Shown here: one piece after another, positions 29,153 to 42,935 of the stretch
Position numbering within the stretch: position 1 is the stretch's first letter
Layout: every line of letters begins with the position of its first letter
DNA from: the human T2T-CHM13v2.0 reference genome, Homo sapiens
Length of the DNA: 64,000 bases
Assembly: GCF_009914755.1 (NCBI RefSeq)
Contig: NC_060942.1
Direction: 5' to 3' (one strand)
Notes under the pieces: generated by a model
Told to the model about the DNA's origin: nothing
Seen by the model: the letters and a program-made list of their open reading frames with translations, nothing else
The model's database searches: none
Made by a program: the position numbers and the translations under genes

Positions 29153-29705
29153 TATTATATCAGAAAGTTTTTGCATACAAGTTACAGAAACTTGTTTAAA
29201 AGTGGCTGAACTCATAAGGGATTTTTTACACAACACAGCATCCAGAAATATAGCATCTTCAGTCCTCATACTATAGGACTCTGACATTGTTTCTTTGTAA
29301 ACTATCTCAGCAATGCACCACTTTGTATATGCACTTAGTCTTCTTTCCTGCTTTTTAAGGTTGTTTAGAAAAGTGCAAGCTGCAAAAGAGAGAGAATCTT
29401 ACTTCTTAAGTATCTGTCTTAGGGAAAAGGAAATCCCTTCTCAGAGTCACCCAGAAAACTTTTTCAGAGAGTCAGTGGTTCATCTGTTCATTTCTATACT
29501 GAAAAATAGCATGAAGGATAGTATTACCTGCTGCTCTTAGCTGAATAGGAGCCCTATCCATAGGGGTGGGATGAGATCAACATCCCTTCAGTCAACAGGG
29601 GTAATATTGGGAGAGGGAATAATTCCTGAGTTCCATCAAGTCTCTGATAGAATGTAGAAAGAGAAGAAAATGAATATAGGTGGACAATTAACACTGACCG
29701 CTACA
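29153..29705 (-). mobile_element. Old MaLR LTR (MLT1K/L-like)
   Basis: 'gcatacaagttacagaaac...aaaagtggctgaac...aagggatt' at the left end and 'gaaaatgaatataggtggacaattaacactgaccgctaca' at the right end. Confidence 0.6.
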
Positions 29706-29769
29706 ATATCCAATGTCAACTATCTTGAGTCCAGTGAAGAAATTTCTATTCTAATTTCTAGGCAGAAAG

Positions 29770-29960
29770 AACACTGAGCTAAAGACCTTGATGTCAATCC
29801 TCGTAGCAAACTAAAGAATTGTATAAACTAAGGAATTTTATACCTGTGCCTTCCACTTCTCCTCCTTTAAGGAGGAATAATTGTAGTAGCAGCTAATTCA
29901 TGGGGTAATTATTAAGGTAAAGTGGGGGGTAAATTATAAGAAGCCTATTTAGGCTGTGAG
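29770..29960 (+). mobile_element. MIR SINE, degenerate
   Basis: 'gaacactgagctaaagaccttgatgtcaatcct...ctgtgccttccacttctcctcctttaaggaggaataat'. Confidence 0.45.
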
Positions 29961-30848
29961 GCTCTACTCTTCCTGCCTCTTTGTGATCCTTCACCCCTGC
30001 ATGACTTTAAGATGTCTAAGGGTCTTTCAGAAAGTGGGAATTTGATAGCAATTATACTGATCTGCTTTTCTCCTTTACTTGCCATTTTACTGTATTACTA
30101 TTAAGTGCCCAAATCACTCCCTCTTCATGGGGTGATTGTTCCAGGACAAACTTATATTGTTTCTGGAAAACTGCAATAGGCATGATATAGATGACTGATG
30201 TTGTATCCATGTAATATCTTGTGCACACAGCATTTGCAGCTGCTTACATGTTTTACTCTGTCAAAGCAGCAAAAGATGGTACTGATAATGAGAGAAATAC
30301 AGGCTCCAAGAGCTCTCATTATTTACTTGCATTTTGGAAAGTTCACTATCATAAAATTTGCGGATGGAAAGCCATCAGTGGGCTTCCAAAGGTTCTGAGT
30401 TTCCAAACCCTGATAGACAAGAAAACGGTCAACCAAAAATCTTCAAACAGCAATAAAAAACTATTTGTTTAAATAGTTAGAGGACTATATGCTAAGTAGA
30501 GGAGGCAAATGCCCCATAGGGTGGTGTTTGTATAATCAGTTTTAACTGTACTATTTGAAATTAGAGCATAACAATGCAATTTTAAATACTTAGCTTAATG
30601 CTGTCCCCGTCTCCATCTATAGAAATGTACTCAATCTCTATTAATAAAACCAGTCTCACATACTCCCAGATATGAGTAAATAAGGAAGTTATCTCTGTGG
30701 TGAAGAAAGGAAATTGGATGGTGTGGCCTTCCCAGGTTATTCTTTACTCTTATGTTTGATTGTTTCAACTTTAATTGTAGCTAATTTTGAACTATTTGGT
30801 ACTTATAAAAGAGTATTTTGGAGGATTTCACTCTTTTTTATATTTTAA

Positions 30849-31606
30849 TGCTATGAACTGAATATTTGTGTCATTTTAAAATTCATACGTTGACAACTAA
30901 TCTCCGATGTGATAGTATATGGATGTGGGGCCTCTGGAAGTTGACTAGGTCACGAAGGTGGAGCCCTCATGATGCAATGCAATTAGTGGCCTGGTAAGAA
31001 GAGCTATAACAGAGATGAACTCTCTCTCAGCCATGTGAGGATACAGCAAAATGGTAGCTGCTATGGTTTCAAAGTTTATCTACTTTAAAATTCATGTTCA
31101 GATTTATTGGCCCTTGCAACAGTATTAAGAGGTGGATCCTTTGGGAGGTAATTAACCCATGAGGGCTCTACCCTTATGGATGGAATAAATGCTGTTATAG
31201 AAGAGTGAGTTTTACCCCTTTCTGCTTCTTTTTTCTTCTGCCATGTAAAGATGAAGCATTCCTCTGGTCCAGAGGACACAGCATTCAACATGCCATCTTG
31301 GAATTAGAATCACTGAGCCTGCTGGCACCTTAATATTGGGCTTCTCAGCTTCTATAGCTGTGAGCCAATAAATTTCTGTTCCTTATAAGTTGCCCAGTCT
31401 CTAGAATTCTGTTTTAGCAGCACGAATGGAATGGGCTTGGTCAGTAGCTATCTGAAAACCAGAAAGTGGGCCCTTACCAGACACCAAATCTGCCAGCACC
31501 TTGATCTTGTATTTCCCAGTCTCCAGCAGTAAAAGAAATAAATGTTTGTTGTTTAAGCCACAAAGTCTAGGGTATTTTGTTATAGCAGCCCAAACCAACT
31601 GAGATG
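30849..31606 (+). mobile_element. MLT1A-like MaLR LTR split by a nested MST LTR
   Basis: 5' half 'tgctatgaactgaatatttgtgtc...gccatgtgaggatacagca'; 3' half 'ccagacaccaaatctgccagcaccttgatcttg...ttgttatagcagccc'. Confidence 0.88.
31059..31443 (+). mobile_element. MST (MSTC/D-like) solo LTR nested in MLT1A
   Basis: TG...CA termini; perfect 5-bp TSD gtagc at 31054-31058 and 31444-31448. Confidence 0.88.
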
Positions 31607-33002
31607 ATCAGTATGGCAAACTCCATTGTCAAGGAAACGGAATATTATTCTCTGTCAAATATACCTGAAGAGATGGAGTTACGATTAGATTTGCACAGAC
31701 TTTTGGAAAATACTATGCATAATCCATCTATTGCTAAGGGGGAGGATATGATCAATGGCTGCAACTTCTGACCTTGATGGAAGACAAAGCACAGATCGTT
31801 TATGTCTATTAGGGTAGAGGCAGCTTCTTTGCATCAATGCATTAATGGGATAACTAAGATTGATAATAAGCAACAGCAGCAATTATTAAGGCTTATTTTA
31901 GGTATTAGAAGAAAATAAAGAACAGCATCCATATAACAGATCCTTTAAGTACCGATGGTACCAGGAGAAAAAAAAATAATTTAAGAAAGTAAAATAAATA
32001 AAAGAGCTACACGAGACTAAATGTAAATTGACAAAGGGTGAAAAAAAACTCTTTACTTCTCAGGTGATTTTGTTTTGCATCCTATGGACAGAGGATGCTT
32101 TAAAGATATGAATAAAGGAAACCTCTCTATTCAAAGACACACTTGTCAGAATTATCCCTCTGGAAGGGATACCTCATGGATATTATTAAATTATAGTCAC
32201 ACTCCCTTATGTGTTCTGAGATTATTTTCCCTAAATTTTCATATTAAATATATTGAACTCTAAATGAATTTTTAATATTAATAATTCAAGTCTTCTCAAA
32301 CATAAAGATTATCCTTTACTTTACTTTGGCTAAGGCTTATAGAAATATATTCACCTAAAATTGCTGCCCAAATTAAATTCTAAGATAATAAAAATTAATA
32401 ATGAGATTAAACCAATTTGTTGAATGTCTACATATTTTTCATTTATTTTTTAAGAAGCATGGTTAATTTAGAACATTTTTTAGTTAGCATTATTTGTAAA
32501 GCAAACTTTTTATCCTACAGTCATATGTTGCTAAGGGGCAACATTGAAACTGTATGTATCATTTCAGCTCCAACAAGTAAAGAGTTTGGAAGTTACTTTC
32601 ATCCTTAAAACGGGAAAAAAAGCTGAACAAACCAAAAATCAATGACTTTTCCTGGACCCATTAGAGAATTGGGGTTACAGGGCAAACTGCTCACCAAAAC
32701 CAGAAGAGATAATCAAATGTGCAGATAGCTGAGATCAGCTCACCTGGATGCAGAAGCCACTGGAGACATAAACTGGTAGAAACACTTAAAAGGTAATTTT
32801 GAGTAATACTAGGAGGCTGAGAGTGCACTAGTATGAGAGTGAAAAATTCCTGGGGCTACAGATATAGGAGGGTCTTAGGATTTGTGGGTTTAAACCCCAA
32901 GTACCCCACCAGGTTATCACAGTGTAGAGCTGAGAAAAAATTGCCTTTTGACTATGGCAGAGGAAGAGGAAAGTAACCATTTTGAACATCCAGTATGATC
33001 TA

Positions 33003-33441
33003 CAATTAGGTCAGAATACTTATATCCTATTGGTTTTGCTTCTATGTAGAAGGTTCGAGAGAGAGAGAGAGATTAATTCCTGTAAGGAATTGGCCCACAC
33101 AATTATGAAGGCTGACAAGTCTAAATCTATATTGTGTGTGTTGGGCTGACAAGCTTAAGGGCCGGAAGAAATGATGATGCAGTTCCAGGCTAAAAGTCAA
33201 GAAAGGTGGAGACTCAAGAGGCTCAAGAGGACTGATTGTGCAAACGAAGTCCAAAAGCAGTCTGCTGGAGAATTCTCTCTAGCAGGGAGGCAGAGGTCTT
33301 TGTTCTACTTGTGCCTTCAACTGATTGAATGAGGACCGTTCACATGATGAAGGACAATCTGCCTACTCTGAGTTTATTGACTTAAATGTGTACCTAATCC
33401 AAAAACATACTCTAAGTTCACCTAAAAATTTAACCATCACA
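33003..33441 (-). mobile_element. MLT2 (B/C-like, ERVL) LTR
   Basis: 'aaggaattggcccacacaattatgaaggctgacaagtc...gcagtctgctggagaattctctct...ccttcaactgattgaatgagg...aatttaaccatcaca'. Confidence 0.85.
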
Positions 33442-36400
33442 GCTTTCTATAAAAAATGCATGCTTCCCAGTAAAAAAAAAAAAAAAAAAAACCTCCTCAG
33501 GGCCTTACCTCACATAGGTGGAAGTACAATTCCCAACTCCAACCCTGGTTAATCTTTCTGTCTCACTTGAGGAAGAAAAAACACTCCTGAGGTCACAGCC
33601 AAGGGACAGAGGTCCACCAAAAGAATGATTTAATCATAATATTGTAGAATGTCTCCTTTCTGCAACTCCCTACCACCATATTAACACAAGGCTCCATGGT
33701 AAATATCAGTGTATTACAGATTCTATAACTGCAAGTCTCAGATTGAATTAAAATGGAATTTTAGGAACATCTGAAGACAATACAGGGAAAAATAAGAACA
33801 TTTAAAGAATTTGAAAATCTTGGTTCCTCCTCCTGTGGCTAACATTATAGACAATTTAATTTCTAATCAGATTAATATAAAACCTCATATTAAAGGCCTA
33901 TTTAACTCAGTTCCTAATATCAAGTTATCAAATTGTCTTTCAACAAAAATTTTCAGTCATGATATAAGCAGAAAAGAAACATCATCTGAAGAGACAAATC
34001 AAAATCATACCCAATCGCAGGACAGATATATTAGAATTATTACAAAAGGAATTTAAAATAACTATAATGGATGGGTTAAGGGCTCTAACTGAAAAAGTAG
34101 ACCACATGGAAAAGTGATGGCTAATATAAGTACAAAGATGAAAAATCTAATAAAGAAATAAAAAGAAATCCTGAAAATTAAAAACACTAACAGCCATGAA
34201 GAATGACTTTAATGTGCTCATTAATAGCTCGGCATGGCTAGGAAAGGATCAAAGACCTTGTAAACATGTCAGTAGAATCTTCTTTAACTGAAATAAAATT
34301 TTTTAAAAATGTAAAAGAGAGAACAGAACATTCAAAAATTGTAAGACAATTTCAAAAATATAGTCTAACTGTGAATAAAATAGAAGAAAGAAGAAACAAA
34401 GCAGGATAAATATGTAAAACAATAGTGGCTAGGCAATTTTCAGAATTAATGCCAGAAAGAAAACCACAGATTCAGGATGCTCATAAAACATGAAGACTGA
34501 TAAATAAATAAATAAAAATTACACCCAGATATGTCATACTCAAACTTCAGAAAAGTGAAATTAAAGAAAAAAATATTGAAAAAGTCTAGTGGTTAAACTT
34601 ACCTTCCCTAAAGAGAAAAGAAAAGAAGGAAAAGAGAAGAGAAAAGAAGAAAAGAAAAAGAGAAGGAATACATAGAAGATTATTGTCAGACATCATGCAA
34701 GCAAGAAGAGACTGGAGCAAGACATTTAAAATGTTAAAAGAAAAAACTATAAACCTAGAATTTTTTAATCCAGGAAATTGCCCTTCAAAAGTGAAGGAGA
34801 AATGAACATTTTCTCAGACAAAACAGAGAAACAAACCAAAAAAATGGAAATTCATTGCTGGCAGATCTCCCCTGTAAGAAATGTTACAACCACAACAACA
34901 ACAACAACAAATCTACTGACATAAGCACGATGATCTAGGTCAGACATTTAGATTACATAAAACAAGAAAAAGCTTTAGATGAGTAATAAAAGAAGGTAAA
35001 ACAAAATATTTTATTCTTTTTCATCTTAATTGACCTTGCAGAAAAACTTTGTTTAAAGTAATAATCATATCAGTGTATTCTGTGGTTACAGTATAAAAAT
35101 AAGTGAAGCGTATAACAAAAGTTATATGAAACGTTGCAATACTCTGTTTTAAAGTACTGACATTCCTCTTGAGTTGTATTGTATTATTTGAAAATTGAAT
35201 TAAATTGATTGTAACTGCATATTGTAAACCCCATGTCAGCCCCAAAAGATAAACTTTAAAGATGCATAACTGACATGCTAAGAAGAAAAGGAAAGCGGAG
35301 ATGTAAAATCCTCAATTAAAATTTTAAAAGTCAGAAAAAAAGAGGAAACAAACAAAATGCAACAAAATGAAACATTTACAGGCATGGTAGATATTAGAAC
35401 AAGTATATCCATAAAAACGTTATCACAAATTGACTAAATCTATCAATTAAAAACAGACCTGTCAGAGTGAATACAAAAACTAGGCACAACTATATGTTAT
35501 CTACATGAAGTCCACTTTAATGTAAAGGTACAAATTAACATCTAAACTAATGAAAGATACAGGAGCTATTAAATAATACTTGTTCTATTCAGAGATAGAA
35601 GACTTCAGAACAAAGAAAATTATTCAGATAATGATGGACAATACAAAATGATAAACTGATCAGATATCTAAGAAGATATAACAATCTTTAATGTGTATGC
35701 ACCTAACAACAGAGCTTTAAAATATAGGAAGCAAAAAGTGGTATCACTGGAAGGAGATCAACAAACCCACTAGTATATCTAGAGATTTCTACATCTCTTT
35801 TTCAATGATAAATCAAGCAGGAAGAATATTAGTAACACTCTAATTTACCTAAATAGCACTTTAATCAACTTGATCTAATTGACGTACAGAACACGACATG
35901 CAAAAACAGAACATTCATCTCAAACTCACATGAAACCTTTACCAACATAGAGCACATTCTAGGCCATGAAGTACTTAACATTGAAAAGAATACAAATAAT
36001 ACAAAATATGTTTTCAGACCACAAGGGAAGTAAACTAGAAATCAATAATGGAGATGTAGCTGAAAAATTCCCAAATCTTTGGAGATTAAGCAACGCACTT
36101 CTAGAGAGCACGTGTAGAGAACAAAGTCTCTAGAAAAATTAGAAAATATTTTGAACTAGAAAATGAAAATACAACTTATTAAAATTTGTGGGCTGCAGGG
36201 AAAGCACTTCCTAGAGGAAAATTTATAACATTAATGCACATATTAGAAAAAATATACTCATATTTAATAATCTAATCTTCCACCATAGGAATCTAGAGGA
36301 AAAAAATTAGGTATAAAGCAAAAAATAAAAATAAAGAAAACAATGAAATTGAAATCAGAAAAAGTATATAGGAAATCAAAGGAATCAAAAGCCGGTTTTA

Positions 36401-38055
36401 GAATTGATCAAAAAAATTGATGAATCTTTAGCTAGGCTAACAAAATTAAAGAAAAGTTACAACTTAGATATACAAGAAATGAAAGAGCCATCATCACTAT
36501 TGATTTCATACACATTAATAGAATGCTAAATTCACGTTAGAAACAATCTTACACCCACAAATACATGAAATGGACCAATTCCTTGTAAAACAAACTCCTA
36601 CAAGGAGAAATAAATAATTAGCATGCCCATATCTATTTAAAAAATTGAACCAGTCATTAATAGCTTTCCAAAAAAAACACAATGTCCAGTTGGCTTCACT
36701 CATGAATTATACCAAATGTTTAAGGAAGAAACAATACCAATGGTAAACAATCTCTTTCATAAAATAAAAGAGGAAGTTATGTTTGTTTTATGACGCCAGC
36801 ATGACCCTAACACCGAAACCAGACAGAAAACATTACAAGAAAACTAGAGACCATTGTGAACATAAATGCAAAAAACATCAAAAACAATTAACAAATTGAA
36901 TCTAACAATTTATTAAAAAAATACACCATGAACAAGTTGGATTTATTGTAGTTACAAACACAATTTAAAAATACATTAATATAATTCATCATATTAACAG
37001 GTTAAGGCAGAAAAATCATATGATCATATCAGTTGACACAAAAAAAGCATTTGGTAATGGATTAGAGTTTAAGATAGCAGTTATGAACTCATGTTTTGTT
37101 AATTAAAAATATAGATCATTACATGTAGATATATTTATAGAAATGCTCATATGCATAGATTTCTATACACACATATATGTTCTTGTTCTATCAAAAGCAA
37201 TACCACCTGGTGGTAAGACGCATACCTAGTGCCCAGATCTTGGTTTCCAGTACCATTCTTCAATGAAAAGAACTAGAGCTCCTTAGAGAAATAGCTGATC
37301 CAAGGAATGGGGCAGTAAACATATATCATGAGACTGGAACATCTTGTAGTAACTGAGAGTAGGAAAATGCACAGGAATATAAGGAAAGAGCTCCCAATGG
37401 CCAAAATTCAAAACCATTGAGCAGCAAAATGAAGAAGTACTGTATTATAACTCAAAGTATAAAATAAATATCCACAAGTCCAGGAAGATATAAATAAATG
37501 ATTGAATAAATAATAACATTATTAGTAGGGGAGAACAGACCAATCTCTCTTTCAGAAAAATTCCAAATAATATGTATAGATACTCTGCCTTTAAGGAGCA
37601 AGAGCATAACTTTCTTCTCTTTAAGGGTAGACTGTGTAGAGTTATTTTCCTCCAAAATAATGTATGTTAACAGGGAAAAAAATAGTAACTTCACAATGGA
37701 GAAATCTGACAAGCAGTAACTTAGCCAGGTGATCACAGTTTACATCAACAATAAGTCGTGTTGATAATATGAACTATTGATATACTTTGATGAAAACGGC
37801 ACTTTAGATCAGGGGTCTTTTTCCCAAAAATCATAACCCCAGTCCAATCATGGGAAAAACATCAGACAACCCCGATTGAGGCATATTCTACAAAATACCT
37901 GACCTCAAAACTGGCAAGACATCGAAAAAAAATGAAATTCTGAGAAACCCTTACAGCTGGGAGGAGTCTAAGGAGACATGACCACTAAATGTAATGTGGT
38001 ATTCTGGATAGAATCCTTGGAGGGGGAAAGACTAGGTAAAAACAAGGGAATACTG

Positions 38056-38459
<404 letters not shown>

Positions 38460-40439
38460 TTAAAATAAGTGACAATGTGTGCCAGGTATATACAAACTTT
38501 CTGTACTTATCTTTTCAATTTTTCTGCAGAAATAAACATGTTCGAAAAATTTAAGTTTTCTTCAAAAAACTGTATGTCAAGAAACCTCTTCTTCCTAAAT
38601 TTCTCTGTAAATAGCTATATTTAATATTTTTCAAAAGAATCTGAGTTTCTGAGTGTTCAAAAGGGTTTGAAGTTTCAAAAACATGTGAAAAAAAGTGTAT
38701 TCAAGGAACTATACAACATAACCTCTTCATTTTTAAATTGATCTCCAAGACCTCTTCCATTTCAAAAGACCTAAGATTCTCTGACCCTACGTTCTTAGAG
38801 CATCGACAAATGAATCCAGTATTCTGAAGATTAAATAGAAGTTATATACAAATATGGGCATGAATTTGACAGGAGAGCATTGCTATGTTTTAGAAAATAG
38901 CTACCAGGAAAATAGCTAGAAAAACAAAGGGTCATGAAGATCAGTTTACTGTTCACGGGTTATTTTTTTCTCCAACTAATATTGTAATTCCAAGACTGGA
39001 AAGACTAAATAGAAAGGAAACAACATAGAAGGAAATTTGGTCTCACTACTGAAAATGTGAAGATGATTGTAAATAAACATCTAAGGTGAAATGGGGTGTC
39101 TTTGCAAGAATTTATTGTCATGTATCCTACAAACTTGTGTCATATTCATTCTCTAAATATATTCTCTAAATATATTTTGATTTTGGAAAACTTTTAGTGC
39201 ACACTAGAACATTTTCTCTGTATTAACTGAGCTATTAAAGCAAAAAACTTCCAGTGTTATATAAAACAAATATAAAGAATAAAATCCAGTGAGAAAAGTA
39301 TCTAACTCAACCACACACTGAATTGTGTTAAAATTGCTCTAAACAATATCTTTAAATACACTAACATGTTATCAGTTAATTTTGTTTGTTTTATTTTAAG
39401 GTCAGAAAAAACAAAACTGAGTGTTAAAAATGCATGCGATGAATCCCCAGAGGAAAAGGCCACTATGTGAGGCCTGATTCCCACATACGGTATATTTTGT
39501 ATTTTGTTCATATCAAAGGTTGATGGATTGTGAGTATTGTCTATTTTTCTTATCTGGTATATACCAGAGTCTATGTGACCCTTCCCAAGGGTATCTCTGC
39601 AACTAATGAGGAGATTATGCAACATCTGCAGATCTCTCTTCGGTGTTGCATGTGGAAAACACAACAAATGTCTGCTGGAGTTTTGTATTTTGAGAAAACT
39701 AAGCAAAAGTGTGTCTTTTTGCTTTCTGAAGAAGGTAAAGGAAAACTGAGGAAATACAGGCACAATCCTTCATTTTTACTCAAGGGAATTTAACAGAACT
39801 CAGTTCACAGCCATCGTCTTCATTCTGTGCTGTCACTGTTGTTTCATTCCTTTGCTTCTGTAGGGTTTTGCAAGCACATAGGAAGGTGTCCATATTTGTT
39901 TTTTTGTTGTTGTTGATTAACTATAATAAGAGGAAATCTATTTGTTCCACAGGCCCTGGTAGGTGGACGCAAAAGATTATGCACCTGCAATAGCCTAGCA
40001 TGATGTTTGGCATAGAACAATAGGAAAGTGTCCTATTGTTCATACTTCTTTCAAGCTTAGAGGACATTACAGTAAACGCCTACACACAATGACAAATTTG
40101 GATGGGCACCCTTAGGAAACCTTCTTCATATTTCTTTGCTTCTTGCTGTGTATACCAGAAATAAGTCTACTTCCTGGACACCACAACTTATCTATAGATT
40201 TGTCTCAACGTTCTGTGATTAAGGGTTTCTAGTGACACAGACTATTATTGTCATCTGTCTAAATTAGTCCCGATCTCCCTGAAAAACCAAACCATTGACT
40301 GGAAGCTGTGTTAACAATTAATGAAGTTGGCTGACTCCACCTCAACTTGCCATTCCCTAGTGCCCAGCCTCCCCAGTCACAAGGTTTTCTTCAGAACGCC
40401 CTCCTGTTTATGCTCAATTTCGCACTCAATGATTTCGCT

Positions 40440-40560
40440 GCTGGGATTCAAGTCTATGACCTTAGTTACACTCAGGTACTCATCACAGTGAGGTTGTTGT
40501 AGAAGCACAATGGGGGACATATTATAGTAATTTAGCACATAGTTCACAAATCTTATGTAG
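40440..40560 (+). mobile_element. MIR remnant
   Basis: 'ctgggattcaagtctatgacctt...gaggttgttgtagaag...tttagcacatag'. Confidence 0.4.
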
Positions 40561-41799
40561 CTTCCCCATCCTCTTTCTGCTGAAGGTTGGAAGTTCACTA
40601 TATAATGCTGCTTTGGGTGAATGAGCAAACATCCTTTGTCTTCTAAATATGGGCCTTTATATGATGGGAAGGTCACAGATCTATCTCAAGCTTATGAGAT
40701 TTGGAGGACTTTAGTAGAAGAGGAAAATACCACATTTCTCTTATTTATGAGTGTCTTTGAACCTAAGAAGGGTCTCATTTGTATACATCTAGATAATCAA
40801 TCTATATGTTTGAGGAGTTTCCAAAGCAAGGCAGGGGAATGTAACCTTGAAAATAATGTAAAATAGCTGTGTTGCAAAATGTTGTAAATATTAGTTAAAC
40901 ACAATGAGACATTTGCTAGGGGCTGAGGAACCAGGAAATTGCAAGCGTTTAAGACACATACCTCTTACTTTAAATTCACTTGCAGTTCCTAGTGACTGAA
41001 AGCTGCTAAAGGAAAAGAGAAAACAATAACAGCAGCAACAAAATCCCTCATAAGTTTAATAGCCGCCCACTGATTGTAAATGTGAAGAGGACTTCTCTAA
41101 ACACAAAGATGATACATAGAGGAATCCTCCTTTATTGAAGCCCCTGACCTAAGGCCTCTTAATGGGCAGGCTCTGAAAACCTGACATGTGGAAACACTTT
41201 GTAGAATCCTATTTTTATTTCTGGGAGTCCAGTCTTTGTTCTAGCCAAAAATATGTTTACATTTTTTTTTCCTAATCCTAATTTCCTTCAGCCAGTTTTA
41301 TGAGAAACAAAATAAAACAAACAAAAAAGTCATAAATAAATTTTTTGACAACACACAACTGAGTGTCTTTTCAGACAATCTGGGTGCAGAAACACTTGCT
41401 ATGCATTACTCTTCCCTCTTCTCCAGGAGCCTGGATTTTGAGATGTTAAAAGTGCAAAAAAAAAGTAGTTTAGAATGACACGAAGCAGAAGTCAGAGTTT
41501 GGGTTTCAAATGATTTTACAACTGCAGATGCATTTACAAAGGAACTTAGTAGAGTGTCCTCAAAAGATGGATGAGCATGTCGTTCAACAAGTTTGGAAAT
41601 TTGGGGCTCTTGGCACCTGTTTCCAAAGATATGCAAAGTTAATGTTTAATGGGTTCCTACCCAGGCCAGGCTTTGGTTGAGACACAGCATATATGTAGAC
41701 CAGAAGAAAAACAGAATAACTCAGAATAATAACCTAGAACCTCAGTCTGGTCAAGAGGTGTGCACAAGAAAATCAGTACTACCTACATACTCACTTCTC

Positions 41800-41915
41800 T
41801 GTTGACCCGACTCCTACATCTGGAATGTAAGCTCCCTCTGGGAAGGGACAGGTCCATATGTTCACCAGAACAGTACAAAAAAGAGAATGCTCAAAACATG
41901 ATTTTGAAGGAATAA
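41800..41915 (+). mobile_element. L2 3' end
   Basis: 'ggaatgtaagctccctctgggaagggacagg...tgttcacc...tgctcaaaacatgattttgaa'. Confidence 0.55.
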
Positions 41916-41957
41916 TAGCAATAAACCTGAGTGCCTTGTCAGCTCAGAGGAGAGAAT

Positions 41958-42375
41958 ATACTTAGAATAAATTGTGTTTCCCCAAAATTCTTATGTCAAT
42001 GTCCTAACCTCTAGTACTTTAGATTGTGATAGTATGGATATAGTTTAGAGATAGTTCCTTTAAAGAGATAATTAAGTTAAATGTGGTCATAAGGTTGGGG
42101 CCTTAATTTAGTATGACTAGTCTCCTTATAAAAAGAGATTAGGACTCATGGAGAGATGCCAAGAATGCTCAACCGCACAGAAAAGACCACACGAATACAT
42201 AGCAAGAAGGTGGCCATCTTCAAGCTAAGGAGAGAGGGAGGCCTCAGGAAAAACTGACCTTGCTGCCACCTTGATCTCAGACTTTCACTCTCCAGAACTG
42301 TGAGAATATAGATTTCTGTCTTTTAACACACCCACCTGTGGTATTTTGTTTTGGCAGCCCTAGTAAAGTAACATA
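41958..42375 (+). mobile_element. MLT1B-like MaLR solo LTR
   Basis: 'aattgtgtttccccaaaattc...gaaggtggccatcttcaagc...ccaccttgatctcagacttt...ccagaactgtgaga...ggcagccctag'. Confidence 0.88.
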
Positions 42376-42385
42376 ATACCAAAAA

Positions 42386-42610
42386 TAGCACCGCCAGGTA
42401 AAATATAGGATGTTCAATCAAATTTGAATTTTTGAAATTTGATTGGACATCCTGTATAAGCTATTTTTATAAGGATGACCCATGCAATATTTGGAACATA
42501 CTCATAAAAGAATAATAAATAAATGAAAATTTCCAAAAAAGTCACTGGTTATCTGAAATTCGAATTTAACTGGAAATCCTATATTTTACTTGTTAAATCT
42601 GGCAACCCCA
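42386..42610 (+). mobile_element. MER53 palindromic hAT MITE
   Basis: 'gccaggtaaaatataggatg...aaatttgaatt', centre 'cccatgcaatatttggaacatact', end 'ttatctgaaattcgaatttaactgg...aaatctggcaaccc'. Confidence 0.88.
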
Positions 42611-42861
42611 AACCTATAGATATGGGGACAGTGTCAGAGAAGATGCCATTTTACCTCAATTTTGTTACAGGAAAAAATATTTTGATGGGGGTGAAAGAAT
42701 ATTGAGGCCAGAGGAATCAGTATGAAGAGACTCCGCTGGAAATTTTTACCAATTTCCTCTACTCTGTATATACTGCAGCAGCTGGCACAGCCCAGAAGTG
42801 TTTTAAGTATTCAGAAATGACAATTTAATTAGAAATGGAAGGTCTAATTGCCTTCTTATGA

Positions 42862-42935
42862 CTCAATGGTTTCTAAACTTGGGAGCTTTAAAAAAAAATA
42901 ACAGTTCTTAGAGACTCACCCAGACTAATGGGTCA
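42862..42935. mobile_element. MER5-type hAT-Charlie fragment
   Basis: 'caatggtttctaaacttgggagctttaaaaaaa...ctcacccagac'. Confidence 0.45.

Noticed and set aside
39302-39793. 153-aa minus-strand ORF and overlapping ORFs in unique sequence
   Set aside because: No recognisable domain or supporting gene structure; length is compatible with chance
40377-40676. 99-aa ORF with a globular-looking C-terminus
   Set aside because: Overlaps an apparent MIR remnant, has a non-ATG start and no recognisable homology
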